A DNA stretch of 64,000 nucleotides from Octopus bimaculoides. Its lineage: Eukaryota. The position numbers and the translations under genes were made by a program. Positions 38,378 to 51,998 of this stretch are shown in pieces. The DNA lies in assembly GCF_001194135.2 (NCBI RefSeq), contig NC_068989.1, forward strand, positions 12,393,571 through 12,457,570, written 5' to 3'. The notes under the pieces were generated by a model that had not been told where the DNA came from, made no database searches, and saw only the letters and a list, made by a program, of their open reading frames with translations. Position 1 is the first letter of the stretch; each line of letters opens with the position of its first letter.

Positions 38378-38572
38378 AACGGTCGTGAGCTGGCAGAATC
38401 GTTAGCACACTGAGCAAAATGCCTTGCGGCATTTCGTCTATCGCTACGTCCTGAGTTCAAATTCCGCATGAGTCCGACTTTGCTTGTCATCGTTTTGGGG
38501 TCGATAAAATAAGTACTAGTCGAGCATTGGGATCGAAATTATCGACTACTTCCCTCACCGAAATTTCAGGGA
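38378..38572 (+). mobile_element. Family-C SINE
   Basis: GTGAGCTGGCAGAATCGTTAGCAC..CTGAGTTCAAATTCCGC..GGGGTCGATAAAATAAGTAC. Confidence 0.85.
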
Positions 38573-39098
38573 TTTTTTCCGGTGTAAGGGAGATAATCAA
38601 AGATGTTGGGGATGACTAGGTTTGATTAATTTAACGTGAATTGGTTTAGAAGGAATAGAATATTACAAGTGGTTAGGTTTTGGCTTATATTTTTCAATGA
38701 AGAAGGTTTCCTTATTTAATCTAATTTGTGTTGGTGTTCCAATGGCACGTTATATATATACATATATATATGTTTATGTCCCCGTTACTTTTTTGTCCAC
38801 GTTTTTTGACGTCCTGTACCCGGATATACATCTATATATACATGTAGATCTAGGTATGTACAAATATGTATGTATACATGCATATGCTCATATATAATTT
38901 GTGTATATATATATATATNNNNNNNNNNNNNNNNNNNNNNNNNNNNNNNNNNNNNNNNNNNNNNNNNNNNNNNNNNNNNNNNNNNNNNNNNNNNNNNNNN
39001 NNNNNNNNNNNNNNNNNNNNNNNNNNNNNNNNNNNNNNNNNNNNNNNNNNNNNNNNNNNNNNNNNNNNNNNNNNNNNNNNNNNNNNNNNNNNNNNATA

Positions 39099-39159
39099 TA
39101 TATAACAATTAGAAAATGGAGGATAATATGCTGATCCTCCATTTTCTAATTGTTATATA
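39099..39159. repeat. Perfect 26-bp inverted repeat with a 9-nt loop
   Basis: TATATAACAATTAGAAAATGGAGGAT-aatatgctg-ATCCTCCATTTTCTAATTGTTATATA. Confidence 0.9.
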
Positions 39160-39310
39160 AATTTTGGGTAAAACCTCCACATTTACCCGCTCCCACTGAT
39201 TGCACCTAGTAGAGCACTAGTGTAGCAATAATTGGGTACCCTCCCAGCAGTATACTGGATAGATACTATCCCTCAGTGGGTTGAACCCCCAACCCCTAAC
39301 TCTCTCACGT

Positions 39311-39345
<35 letters not shown>

Positions 39346-40503
39346 GTATATAAGAATAGAGAGCGACAGAAAGAGGGTAAGGAAAAAGAAACATTCGTAC
39401 ATTTTGTTGATTTGCAAGCGGAAAATAGAAGAAGCGAACTTTAGATTGGATAATGACCGGATTACATTCTGTGTGAAGAAGACAGATTCAGTATAATCAT
39501 GACCTGAACCTCTCTAATTATAACGATAATCAAGAAGACCATAACATCAATAAGAACAATAAATGGCAACGCTTCTGAAACAAATACAACAATAAGTAAA
39601 ACAACTCTGAAGGCAATTACTGTCAGCCTCCCTTTCATGTGGCCCCGTGAAGTAAACAGTTCAAACAGTGGAATAAGGGCTTTTCTATAGTGCAACACAT
39701 GCAATCAGCTCGTCAGCACATTCTTTATTAGACTATTGGAATGGAAAGCCAACGGCTTGGTATTCAAAGAGATTGTTGAGCTGTGAACAGTTCAAACAAT
39801 ATCCAGAATTAGCAGGGAAACAACGCTCTGTGACTGTAGCAATGAGGCGTAACGGCGGCGGGTATCAGGTGGTTGGTTTTAGTAAAAGCATACAGGCGTT
39901 CGTCGTATTCGTTTCTTTTTTAGAAAATTAGCTTCAGAACACGTGATCAATTGAAATAACTGAAAATTATTTTCTTCGATACATTTTTGTTTTAATCACT
40001 CACCCTCCCNNNNNNNNNNNNNNNNNNNNNNNNNNNNNNNNNNNNNNNNNNNNNNNNNNNNNNNNNNNNNNNNNNNNNNNNNNNNNNNNNNNNNNNNNNN
40101 NNNNNNNNNNNNNNNNNNNNNNNNNNNNNNNNNNCTTGCTACTTCAAAATCCAAAATCGATTATCCTTGTTATATTTAATGATTTTATTATTGTCATGCC
40201 TTTTGTTCCTGTTGCTATCATTGTTTTTGCGTCTGTTACTCTAGAAATTGCTATTATTGTTTTATTTCAAGTAACACGTTCCAGCTATTAACCGCGTTCT
40301 CTGCAACACACTGTCATCATACACACATATACACAGTTACACACACATACACAGTTACACACACATACACAGTTACACACACATGCTTGCCCACGCACGT
40401 GCTCATACACACATAAGCAGACTCATATTGAACTTCGCACTTGTGATCTCATATAGTCTGCATTTCACCCAAAATATATTTGTGCGTGCATGTGTGAATA
40501 TGT

Positions 40504-40537
<34 letters not shown>

Positions 40538-42382
40538 CACAGTTTAATATTTCCTGCCTCTCCCTATATTTACCATCTTTCTCTTCCCTCCCATCACTTT
40601 CTCATAGTTACAAACTTTACGTGGAATTGTTGTCTCTATTTTTTCCCTTATCGTATTTTTTATAAAAATTCTATCTTTATTTCATGGATTCTGTAGATAT
40701 TTGTTTAATAAATACTTTATTTTGTCATATACATATAAACATATATACATACACACGCAGACACATATGTGTTTGTATGTATGCATGTATGTATACATGT
40801 ATGTATGTGCGTGTATACACATATGTGTATGTATGCATAGTATCTTTAATTCTTTCTTCTTCCTCCAATTCCCAATGAAGGAAATTTATATAGACATATG
40901 ACTAAAAAAAGAATGAGAAAATATAAAAAAAACTGAATTAAGAAGCTAAAAACAGTTACGTAGGATATCGCCTGCTTTTAATCAATTTAATTCCAGCTGT
41001 TTCCATTGAAGACGTGCATGTTAAATACAAAACGTAATCGTTGTAAAACTAGAAGGTGTTAATCGAATGCCAACTTCTATTATTAGAATTGCTGACATGC
41101 AGACTTGGAGATTGAGTGTTATCGACAACCTGATCTCATTACTGGTTGTCTACTTGATTGGCTGACTGACAGGTTGCATTTGCATTCTGGGAAATTTTCT
41201 GTTTCTCGGTTATATTTGATTTTATCGTTTCTCTTTTTTTTTTACTGGGATTCAGGCTAATAGTTTATAATTTATTGGAAGGCCGAAGTCTGAGTAGTTA
41301 TCTAACTGGAGTTCTATAACTGGATCTATGTATGCCACTGTAAACCGATCTCTAAATGAATAACGTAGCTGGGGGTTGAAGGCCGACTAGAATGCCTTTA
41401 ATGCCTTCACATAATATTTCCCTAACTAACTCCTTCTCAAAGCATTAACGGGTTCTGAGTCATGCATAGAGAATTAATCTTCAAAATCGATTGCTATATT
41501 TTGAGATCAAAGGCGTGAAAATAGGGCACGTTAATTTTTAGGGTTTCTTTCAATAATTTATTGCATACAATATGGTCTATATTAGGTGAAAATATTGTGA
41601 ATGTTATTTGCTTGTTGGATCGGATATGAGGTTCTGTCAGAATTCGTTGATTTTTCTTCTTTCGTTTTTATTGAAAACTAATATATATTTTTTTTTAATA
41701 CAGAAACTATATATGTAGAAATATAAATAGATGTTTTACTTTTATATCCCAGACGATTCTTGGATTAAATTATAGGGTTTTTTCTCGACTTACCGCATTA
41801 CACTTTTGATATTTTTCTCTAGTTTCATTTCAAATTTTTTTGCCTTTGATGCACCGTAATCTTTTTGTTTGTACTACTCTCAAACAGTTTGCCTCGCTGA
41901 TGTTCATGAAACAGCGGTTACCGTATAAGTTCTTTTTGTATGTGTTTGTGAATACAATAAAAACTGTCGTGTAACAGTATTTATAAAGTTAACGAAAAAT
42001 AATTTTCTTATTTAGTAATATAATAGTTGTCTTATGGTGAATATTTTAGAGTGGTTGAAATAGAAAATTTTGCGTTGTGGTTTCAATTTCCGGGGGAATA
42101 TTTCAGCTATTTACCCTAAATTTTCTCCATGTACTTGCGAATATTTCTCAAAATTAATGTCCTACAGGAGATATATGCTTACAAGGACGTAACTTGTCTT
42201 GATACGCTAATTCAAAAGGTAACATTCTTTAGAAATCCTACTGTCTGTTTAAATTCATGTGAAGCTTTCAACATTCTTATATTAACGTTGTAGAGAACTA
42301 AGTAACCAAAGGTGACACGAATTTCTGGCTGCTAGTGTATCCTTACTGGTATTATTCTTTATGCCCATGGTTAAAGGAGAAT

Positions 42383-42424
42383 TCCGTCGGTTACGACGAC
42401 GAGGGTCCCAGCTGATACGATCAA
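42383..42424 (-). mobile_element. Isolated 3' terminus of SINE tail Y (heavily 5'-truncated)
   Basis: TCCGTCGGTTACGACGACGAGGGTCCCAGCTGATACGATCAA matches the tail-Y ends at 7123 and 23546. Confidence 0.7.
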
Positions 42425-42535
42425 TAGTCAGACAAAATTACCATTAAATAAAAGATAGACAGAACTCAACTTCTACAATATTCTGCTATTAGATGTTTAT
42501 CTTTGGGTTTGAAATATAAAATGTATAAAACAGGG

Positions 42536-42577
<42 letters not shown>

Positions 42578-43693
42578 GTGATGCTGTTCTATCAGGTCTA
42601 AATTCACTAGAAATTTCTACCAGTTTAATTTTTACGAGAGACACATACATGCAAGGAATTATATAACTGTTCTGTGATATCCGTGAACAATCACAACGAA
42701 TACGACTTCATGTAAAACAAAACTAGTTGTTCATTATATTTATACTTTCTGTATCTCTTCATCTCTTATCTTCTCGAAATTGTAATTATATTATGAGAAA
42801 CATTTATTGTTTCCAACTCGAGTTTCTAACATCAGAAACAACTTGAAATGTCGTTCTGATTAATGTGGAAACAGTCATAGTTATTTGATCTAATTATATT
42901 TTGATATCATAAAGAATATAGATAATCTGTGTAATCTACGTACTTTACACTGTTTCTTGTGTCGGTAAATTGCAACACGTCTTTGATCAGTGAATAGAAG
43001 CGTGGCAAAAAGAGCGAGCAATCACTGCAAAGTTTTCATTCCACACACAAAGACAAACATAATCTTTATTAAGAACAAATTATAACACTATTAACGTGGA
43101 AAGTATAATCGATGCCAATTAACTACAGGGTCTAGTTTCCACTTTGAAGTGTATAGCAGCAGAATAAATATTCCGAGACACTTAAAACTGCATTAGAATG
43201 TATGCCACTTTGACAAATTTGAGAGGAAGAGCCATTGCTCAACTAGAACGGAAACTCTCAGGTGAACCAATACAACGAATATTTATAAAAGGATCACTAA
43301 CTTTCCGAATGGTTGGAAGAAGAATCCATTATATAATCGCTGTTAAAGTTAACCATAAAATCTCCCTTAATCGGCAGTGATCGGAGATATGTCCGATCAC
43401 AAATAAATAAATGAATAAAACGCAGGGAGTAAATACCAACAATTTCGTACTTGAACATAAAATCAAAACAGGATAAGTGTGTCACGTCTGTCCTAAAACA
43501 GTGCTCTTCATGTGTTTGAGGAAGGGATGTTTTCTAAGATTTAGTGTATCTAAGGTGAATACAGACAATCCGGGATATGTCCAGTCAATTGGGCGACAAT
43601 CAACGACCCATGGACCTGCTCAAAATTCAGATGAGCTACAAATCAGCAGCAAAAACACTACTACCGCTGCTGCTGCTGCTGCTGGTGCTACTG

Positions 43694-43744
<51 letters not shown>

Positions 43745-45064
43745 TTTTTGCTTGTAATAGCCGATTCTTTCCGTCAAACTATCGTATCTTCAGCTACTTC
43801 AGATGCCAAGATCTCAAAGATTATCACAGTGTAGTACATCGGTTTTGCTATGGAATGGTGAAACTACTTTTTCATTTTCAGAAAAAAAAACAACGGTTCG
43901 GACTTACAAAACTTTTGCATAATAGCAACAATATATATAAAAATATGTGGGGGGGGGGGTGAGTGTGCGAGTGTGTGTGTGTATGTGTGTGTGTGTATAA
44001 ATCATAGAGATTTTGCAACATTTCTTTTGTATTTGTGAATAGTATAAAACTATATCATGTTCAAAAATTTACTTTCCGTGTTCTTTCGCAGAAACGAAAT
44101 CAAGTAACGTTATCAATGAAATGTAATGTTATATTTTGGAAAAGAAGAGTAAAAAAAAAAATTAAAAAATGGACAAAAATTTAAAATGCACTAAAACATT
44201 GTAATTCTCTTGGATAAAAATGCCTATACATAATTTATCAGTGTGTTGTGAGGGAGTACCACACGAGACGCATTATATTTGATCAGATTAACCGGGTTAA
44301 AGGCAAATAGTTTTGAAATAAATCGACCAGATGGAGAGAGGCCAATAAATATCTATCGATATGTCTCATTCGGTTAGAATATTGTAATAAAAAATATATA
44401 ATAATTATGGAATTTTTCCAGAAAAATTTGCATATATTTATGTATCACGATTTTCCTGAATAAAAGCCTATTTGGCGAAGATGACTATAGATAGTGTATC
44501 TGGAAAGATATGGCTAAATACCATTCATGATCATGTCTTTAGAAAACATTTGTTAAGTAACTTTGCTTTGAAGTTCCTCTGTTATAATGATATTTTAGGA
44601 AGGAAGTATCAATGCATGTCTTATAAAGAATATTTTATGATTTACTTCCTGCTGACATTTTCCAACAGAAACTTTCATATCCAAAATATAAAGTAGTTAT
44701 GAATGCATTGTGATGATTATTATTACATTTTTTTAAAATGTTCCCACTAATTGAACATGGTAAATTGATTTTAAATGGCGTGGAAGATATTAATTATAGC
44801 TTGTATAGAATTCTTAGAAAATTATGTAAAAGGTTATATTATCATTTTAGATTTTCTTTTTCCTTTGAAACATTCAGAAACTATTTTCATTGGTTGTTGG
44901 AACAGACTTTCTTCGCTACTAAGTCTCAGAGTCTACCGCAACGAAATATGACTTCTATAAATCTATATACTAATATTAACATAAAATATTAATGATAATA
45001 ATAACAACAACACTATCAATAATAAAACGTATTCAATTTCTCTTTCCTTATCTCCTCCTGCTTC

Positions 45065-45152
<88 letters not shown>

Positions 45153-45177
45153 CATGATGATAATTATTATTATTATA
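45065..45177 (+). repeat. (AAT)n-(GAT)n microsatellite
   Basis: Directly visible. Confidence 0.95.
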
Positions 45178-45475
45178 CAATAACGTAAAATAGTTACAGT
45201 ATAATATAGTAGCATGAATGCGTGTTGTTCATATCGACCTGAAGCTTTTATCGGTGTATTACTTCTTAATTGCACACTTCCATTAGGGCATTCCTCGCAC
45301 AAACACACGTCGACCCGCATACACACACATATAACAAATCAACACATACACACGCACACACGAGCGCACACTCACACGCACACTCATACGCAACCTCCAA
45401 CATACATATAATATAATATACACTTAGTCATAAACTATATACGGAGTATATTCTTCCTATGTTCTTTAAATAATA

Positions 45476-45636
45476 GGCGCAGGTGTGGTTGTGTGGTAAG
45501 AAGCTTGCTTCCCAACCACATGGTTCCCGGATCAGTCCCACTGCGTGGCACCTTGGGCAGGTAACTTCTACTATAGCCTCGGGCGGACCCAGGCCTTGTT
45601 AGTGGATTTGCTGCACGGAAACTAAAAGCAGTCTGT

Positions 45637-45639
<3 letters not shown>
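45476..45639 (+). mobile_element. Family-D SINE 5' half, ending in (TA)n
   Basis: GGCGCAGGTGTGGTTGTGTGGTAAG..CCACTGCGTGGCACCTTGGGCAGG..CTATAGCCTCGGG. Confidence 0.85.
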
Positions 45640-45680
<41 letters not shown>

Positions 45681-45683
<3 letters not shown>

Positions 45684-45835
45684 AGAATTCACAAAAAACA
45701 ACAGACGAAGACAGGTGGTGTAGAAAACAAATTGATGTATTAGTATAACGCTCGGGAATTGAAAAAGTTTTTAACGTTTCGAGCCTACGCTCTTCCACAG
45801 AAAGGAACAGAGAAACAAGGAGAGAAACAAGGAAT
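45681..45835 (-). mobile_element. Penelope-like terminal fragment with a hammerhead-like variant at 45768-45803
   Basis: Abuts a (TA)n run. Minus strand TTT-CTGTGGA-A-GAGC-GTAG-GCTC-GAAA-CG-TT-AAA. Confidence 0.5.
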
Positions 45836-46389
45836 ATCTATATAATTGAAAAGACACAACTAGATCTCAATGCAGGCAAACGGTTGCATAATCAAGTACC
45901 TGCACAACTGGAGAACTACGTTGCGTAGAAATTATTGTAGTGATTGAAAATGGTTGACTATAAATAATTTCAAATATTCATCCACACGTAAGAGAAGCCC
46001 AAATGTAAACCTGTAACTACGTATGATACTACTACTGGATAGCAAAGGGGGAAATATGAAGGTAGACGAGCTTTATCATGTACTCTGGAGTCTCTTGATC
46101 TTACTCGCATCTAATCCTCTGTAGAATGCCAGAATGCCATGGTAGAACGCATACCGACTTCTGCCAAACAGACAGAAGCTTGTGAGCATCTGACGACAAT
46201 AAAGGTGCCAGGGGCTCTGTTTAATATCAACCTCCACCTCCAGTCGACTGCTCTCCCCAAATAGTATGCATCTGCTTAAAATTGGGCGGCATTCACTCCT
46301 CCCTACGCATTGAAGCCCGAAATGTTACTGTGTTGCCGCGTGGCACGTCTTTCATGCGGGCCAGACATTATTATTAAGTACATAATAAA

Positions 46390-46625
46390 CCTAATATTGA
46401 GAAATATCAGGACCTAATCCAGAGAGCTGATTATAATGTGGAAAATCAAGAAAACAATCATACTGTTGTAAGTGCTGTATTTGGCACAACGCTCAAAATG
46501 CTATCTAAGAGACTGAAAGAAATCTGAATTAAAAAACGCATACAATTACCATTCTATGCTGTGCTAGATACCTTAGAAAGAGTCTTGAAATTTGAAGAGA
46601 CTTGTGGTCACCTTACCTCAAGATA
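46390..46625 (+). mobile_element. C-terminal RLE end of an R4/Dong-like non-LTR retrotransposon
   Basis: IEKYQDL / EL..MWK.K.TII / VVSAVFGT..K.LSKRLKEI*IK..IQ / VL.TL.RVL, with frameshifts. This resembles the recalled EKYQDL..E..RMW..VIPVV.GALG..LLGT.RILRRVL tail. Confidence 0.7.
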
Positions 46626-47145
46626 AAATACCTTCTAACTACATTAGCACGTACTAGCGTACTCCTCCGCCTCCTCTTCCTCCACCTCCTCTTCCTCCAC
46701 CTCCTCTTCCTCCNNNNNNNNNNNNNNNNNNNNNNNNNNNNNNNNNNNNNNNNNNNNNNNNNNNNNNNNNNNNNNNNNNNNNNNNNNNNNNNNNNNNNNN
46801 NNNNNNNNNNNNNNNNNNNNNNNNNNNNNNNNNNNNNNNNNNNNNNNNNNNNNNNNNNNNNNNNNNNNNNNNNNNNNNNNNNNNNNNNNNNNNNNNNNNN
46901 NNNNNNNNNNNNNNNNNNNNNNNNNNNNNNNNNNNNNNNNNNNNNNNNNNNNNNNNNNNNNNNNNNNNNNNNNNNNNNNNNNNNNNNNNNNNNNNNNNNN
47001 NNNNNNNNNNNNNNNNNNNNNNNNNNNNNNNNNNNNNNNNNNNNNNNNNNNNNNNNNNNNNNNNNNNNNNNNNNNNNNNNNNNNNNNNNNNNNNNNNNNN
47101 NNNNNNNNNNNNNNNNNNNNNNNNNNNNNNNNNNNNNNNNNNNNN

Positions 47146-47178
<33 letters not shown>

Positions 47179-47185
47179 AATATAT

Positions 47186-47340
47186 GACGGGCTTCTTTCA
47201 GTTTCCCTCTGCCAAATCTACTCACAAGGTTTTGGTCGGCTCGACGCTATAGTAGAAGACATCTGCCCAAGGCACCACGCAGTGGGACTGAACCCGAATC
47301 ATGTGGTTAGTAAGCAAGCTACTTACCACACAGCCGCTGC
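47186..47340 (-). mobile_element. Family-D SINE 5' half; the rest probably lies in the adjacent gap
   Basis: GACGGGCTTCTTTCAGTTTCC..CAAGGCACCACGCAGTGGGACTGAACCCG..CTTACCACACAGCC. Confidence 0.88.
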
Positions 47341-48693
47341 TGAGCCTGTTAATAATAATAGTAATAATAGTAATAATAATAATAGTAATAGTAGTAATAA
47401 TAATAATAATAACAACAACATCAAGAACAAATATTATTCTTGAGATTATAATGAATTGCCCGCTCAAAATCAAACACAAAATTTCATAGAAATTGTTATA
47501 ACTAATTTGCTAAGAAATCAACTGTGACAAACCGGTGTAGGACTAGATTTATAAAGACAGAAGACACGATGATAAAGTGAATGGCCAATATAAGCAAATT
47601 GATTATTTTCATCCATTCGATACGCATGTGGGATAAAGCTGAACTTTCTTGGGACAGCATATCAATATTGGATGTTGATACAACAAACAATTTGATCGCT
47701 AAGTAATCTGTCAATTCTGATTTTCTCATCATTTGCGCCAATACGTATTATATATGTGATAGCTACTTGCCTTCTATTAAAGAGTTAATTTGCTGTAGTC
47801 GTTGTGTAATGAAATTGTCGATTCTAAAATGGAAGGTGGATGGGTAGCGTACGAGGGTGGCTTTGAAAATTACTTCTATTGGAATGCTATTGATCTGTGT
47901 CATTTAGTTATTTTAGTTTTAAATTATTTATCGTTACACTGGTAGTATACGTGTATATAGATACATACGCATATACATGTATACGAACATACATACGCAC
48001 ATATATTTCATTAGTTGATATAATTAGATTTCGTTTTGACTGTATTGTTTACTTTGTATTTTTTTCTTTATTTGAAATTCAATCTTGCTTTTATCTATTT
48101 CTGTGATATTTTGTATTATACGTCGTTTAAATCTATTAATTTTTCTAAGAAGAAACGAATTGAATGTAATATTTCTGAGCTAATCTATCAGAACAGTTAT
48201 TTCCGTTAGAACTGCGCAATTTTAAAGATTTATTTCATTTCTCTCTCTACTTTTAAATTTTCATATAAATGAAACAATCGGAGAAAATGTGATATCCTAC
48301 AAATATTTCTCATTTCTTTTTGAATATTTCCTCACTGTTACCCATCCTCTCTCCATTGCTCTAATTTTCTCTTTCTTTTTGTATGTCATTCTTTTGTATG
48401 TCTCACTTACTGCATATATANNNNNNNNNNNNNNNNNNNNNNNNNNNNNNNNNNNNNNNNNNNNNNNNNNNNNNNNNNNNNNNNNNNNNNNNNNNNNNNN
48501 NNNNNNNNNNNNNNNNNNNNNNNNNNNNNNNNNNNNNNNNNNNNNNNNNNNNNNNNNNNNNNNNNNNNNNNNNNNNNNNNNNNNNNNNNNNNNNNNNNNN
48601 NNNNNNNNNNNNNNNNNNNNNNNNNNNNNNNNNNNNNNNNNNNNNNNNNNNNNNNNNNNNNNNNNNNNNNNNNNNNNNNNNNNNNNNNNNNNN

Positions 48694-48748
<55 letters not shown>

Positions 48749-49996
48749 ATGCGTGCGTGCGCCAGCTCGTGTGTTTGTTCAAGGGTTAAAGATTAAAGTC
48801 CATGATATAATCTAGTATTCGTGTCACAATCTTATGCCTTTCAAACATTTTGACGAAGATGTTAGCCCTCAGCCTCAAATTCTAATAATTTCAGGATAAC
48901 CCCAATTCTTTTAGAAATACTACTGCCTTAGTACTCGACCAGTCCCTGTAGTATAGGCACGTAGACATTCACCAAAATCAAGTATAGAACGAATAGATCA
49001 CTTTATTTTTACGCCGGTCTCCTACAGTGAGTAATTTCACAATATTTGTGCGTAAACAATTCTAAGCATCACAACTTTCTGAACTGAAGTGGAGCACTTG
49101 AGTATGAACTCAGTTGGTTTTCTGAAACCAATCTTAAAGAAGTACTTTCCTACATCATTCAAAACGGTGGGTCCACAAGAATTTGAATTTTTGTCTATTA
49201 GATTTCTACGTTGTTACTTAGTTGTTTAATCTTATTTTTGCCTAATATAGCATTGTGCTTTTTTTCCAGTTATTGATGCTTTCATTTTCAATAGTCTATC
49301 TTTGTATATTAGGGTTTAAATTCCCATACAAGCATTCCGAAATTTAATTCAACCTATTTAAAACTTGAATGAAAGAAACTAACAACGGCGACGAACGCAT
49401 GGATAGGATGCTCTCATTTGCTACAACTGAAGGAGAAATCACTGTAAGAAATATCAGTGGATTTCTAAATACACAGGGAAATATATCTCTTCGGCCCATA
49501 GCATTTCAAATAAATGGAAGGTAAACACATTGTGTTTGAAATTGTGTAGTTAAAAATATCCAATTACACATTCGGAAGAGAGAATTCAAAGAATTAGAAG
49601 ATGTTTCAGAAGTAACTATGAAACATGCAGCATCTCTTCAGGTACAGTTAATCTAATTACCGACATTACAATGGAAAATCAATGTAAATAATCGAAGAAT
49701 AATGTAACCTATATAACGACCTTGGCTTTTAAAACAATACCTCGATCAGTCTAAAATGGATGTAATATCTTTAAAATTTACATAATGCTCCCATATAACC
49801 ATAAGTATATGAGAGTATATGGATATGGCATAACCTATTTGATCGTAGCGTAGCAGGAGAAATTGCTAAATAATGCTATGAGAGTTCTAAAAATAAAAAA
49901 AATACTCAAACAGTTACAGAGCTAATTGGGTGGATGTTGAGAGTATGCGGAACAAGAGAAGGGAAAAGCATTGCTTAACAACTCAAACCAGTTATA

Positions 49997-50052
<56 letters not shown>

Positions 50053-51404
50053 AAGAAAGAGAGAGAGGGAGAGAGAGAAAACATGTGTGTCTGTGTGAAG
50101 CAAGATGACTGTTATTGATAGATATTTCGCTGTCCCTGCCGCTTATCAGTGCCGTATACTCACCTAAATTAGAAGTATATCGTGTTTCATTTTTAACACT
50201 ATACGTAAATACATGTTAATACTGTGTAGAAAATCAGTTTTGAGTATATCTCACAATGTTGCTTACCTCAAAGCTACAAAATGGTCGATTCAAAGGAAAG
50301 TGCTATGAATCATCGAAATTGCCAATGCATCCTACCAGTGGTCACACCACAACCATCTATAACAATGTCCATATAGTAATACACAGGAGCAGCTTATATG
50401 TATGTATATGTGTATGTGTGTAAATGTGTTCGGGTGTGTATCTATCTATATGATAAAATTATTCATTCTTTTATTTAGATTAAGCAAGAACTGACAAAAT
50501 ACTACACAAATATTGCAGGTACGAAAATAGTTATAATCTAAAAAGACGCTCAAGTATGGACGGGGCAAAGGTCGATAGTGACAGAGTGAAAATGTAGATT
50601 CGAACCTTATACTGAAAATTATATGGGCGTTCCTCTGAATGTAAATCAATATTTATGCATTACCCTTCCTGTATGTTCAAGACTTGTGCGTATATGTGTC
50701 TATGTCGGAGTTTCTGTGTGAACGTTTCTGCGACGGTTTTTGTATACATTTATTCATGTATGAGTTTATTCTTGCATATAACTCGCGTGTTCAGTTTGCA
50801 GATTGATTTACCCTATTTAACACTCATGAACGCCGTTACACTGACTCACACCAAGAATCACGCTGTGAGCCTACAAGACGGATGATAATATGTGTTGGAA
50901 TGTAAATGTACAGGTATGCCGCAGGCTTACCGTAATCAGGCAAACCAACAGAAATTATAGCTTGTGTCTATTTCATTCAATGTTGTATGTAAGTTACCAG
51001 CAACGTGTATTTATCTTTAATAAATGTTGATATGCATTGATAAAGGTACAATTTCAATCACTTGTACTGACCGTTCATTCATTGATTAATCGATACTTAA
51101 TTTTCACCAATATTTTTCTTCATGCTCAGACAACCAGAAAAAGTAATGCATGCGTAAATACATACATACATTCATACATACATACGTCCATATAATATAT
51201 ATATACATATATATGCATGCACATGTGTATGTATATAAATAAAAATATGAATATAAATATGTATACATATACATATACCTGTGTGTATGTGTTCGTGTGT
51301 GTATGTACACGCAAATATGTGATAAATGTATTCATTATTTCAATATTTATCAAGAAAATATTCACAAGTCACTCCACATAAATATTTCCTTTTCGTGTGT
51401 ATAC

Positions 51405-51629
51405 TATTTACTCTTTACTCTTTTACTTGTTTCAGTCTTTTGACTGTGGCCATGCTGGAGCACCGCCTTTCAGTCGAGCAAATCGACCCCAGGACTTATT
51501 CTTTAGAAGCCTAGTACTTATTCTATCGATCTCTTTTGCCGAACCGCTAAGTTACGGGGACATAAACACACAAGCATCGGTTGTCAAGCGATGTTGGGGG
51601 GGGGGGCAAACACACACATACAAACATAT

Positions 51630-51660
<31 letters not shown>

Positions 51661-51776
51661 CATATATACGACGGGCTTCTTTCAGTTTCCGTCTACCAAA
51701 TCCACTCACAAGGCTTTGGTCGGCCCGAGTCTATAGTAGAAGACACTTGCCCAAGATGCCGCGCAGTGGGACTGAA
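51405..51776 (-). mobile_element. Family-D SINE with the 5' head truncated
   Basis: Tail (CTTTTACT)n through to GCAGTGGGACTGAA, with an internal (CA)/(TA) microsatellite. Confidence 0.92.
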
Positions 51777-51998
51777 AATGTTTATAATAAATTATTTTCT
51801 GTTTTACATTTATTGCATCTAGTCTTCCCCTTCATTTCATTATTCTTTTTGTACACCCCCCACACCTCCACACAAATGCATAATAACACTTAACTCCTTG
51901 CATCCAATTAAAATGTGCAGAGGCGGGCTCTTATTCTTTCTTCTGCCGCTGTATCACAGAAACGTATGCACTTGTAGAAGTAAGCTTCCATATACATA

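Noticed and set aside
16786-45803. Strand bias of hammerhead motifs implying selection within a plus-strand intron
   Set aside because: Most are on the minus strand, but 31273 is on the plus strand, the sample is tiny and some are linked; not significant.
47848-47870. TACGAGGGTGGCTTTGAAAA as a mariner TIR
   Set aside because: About 20 bp only, with no partner TIR or internal transposase sequence.
49369-49524. 51-aa ORF MKETNNGDERMDRMLSFATTEGEIT.. with an internal GTAAGA donor-like site
   Set aside because: Short, unrecognised and without an evident partner exon.
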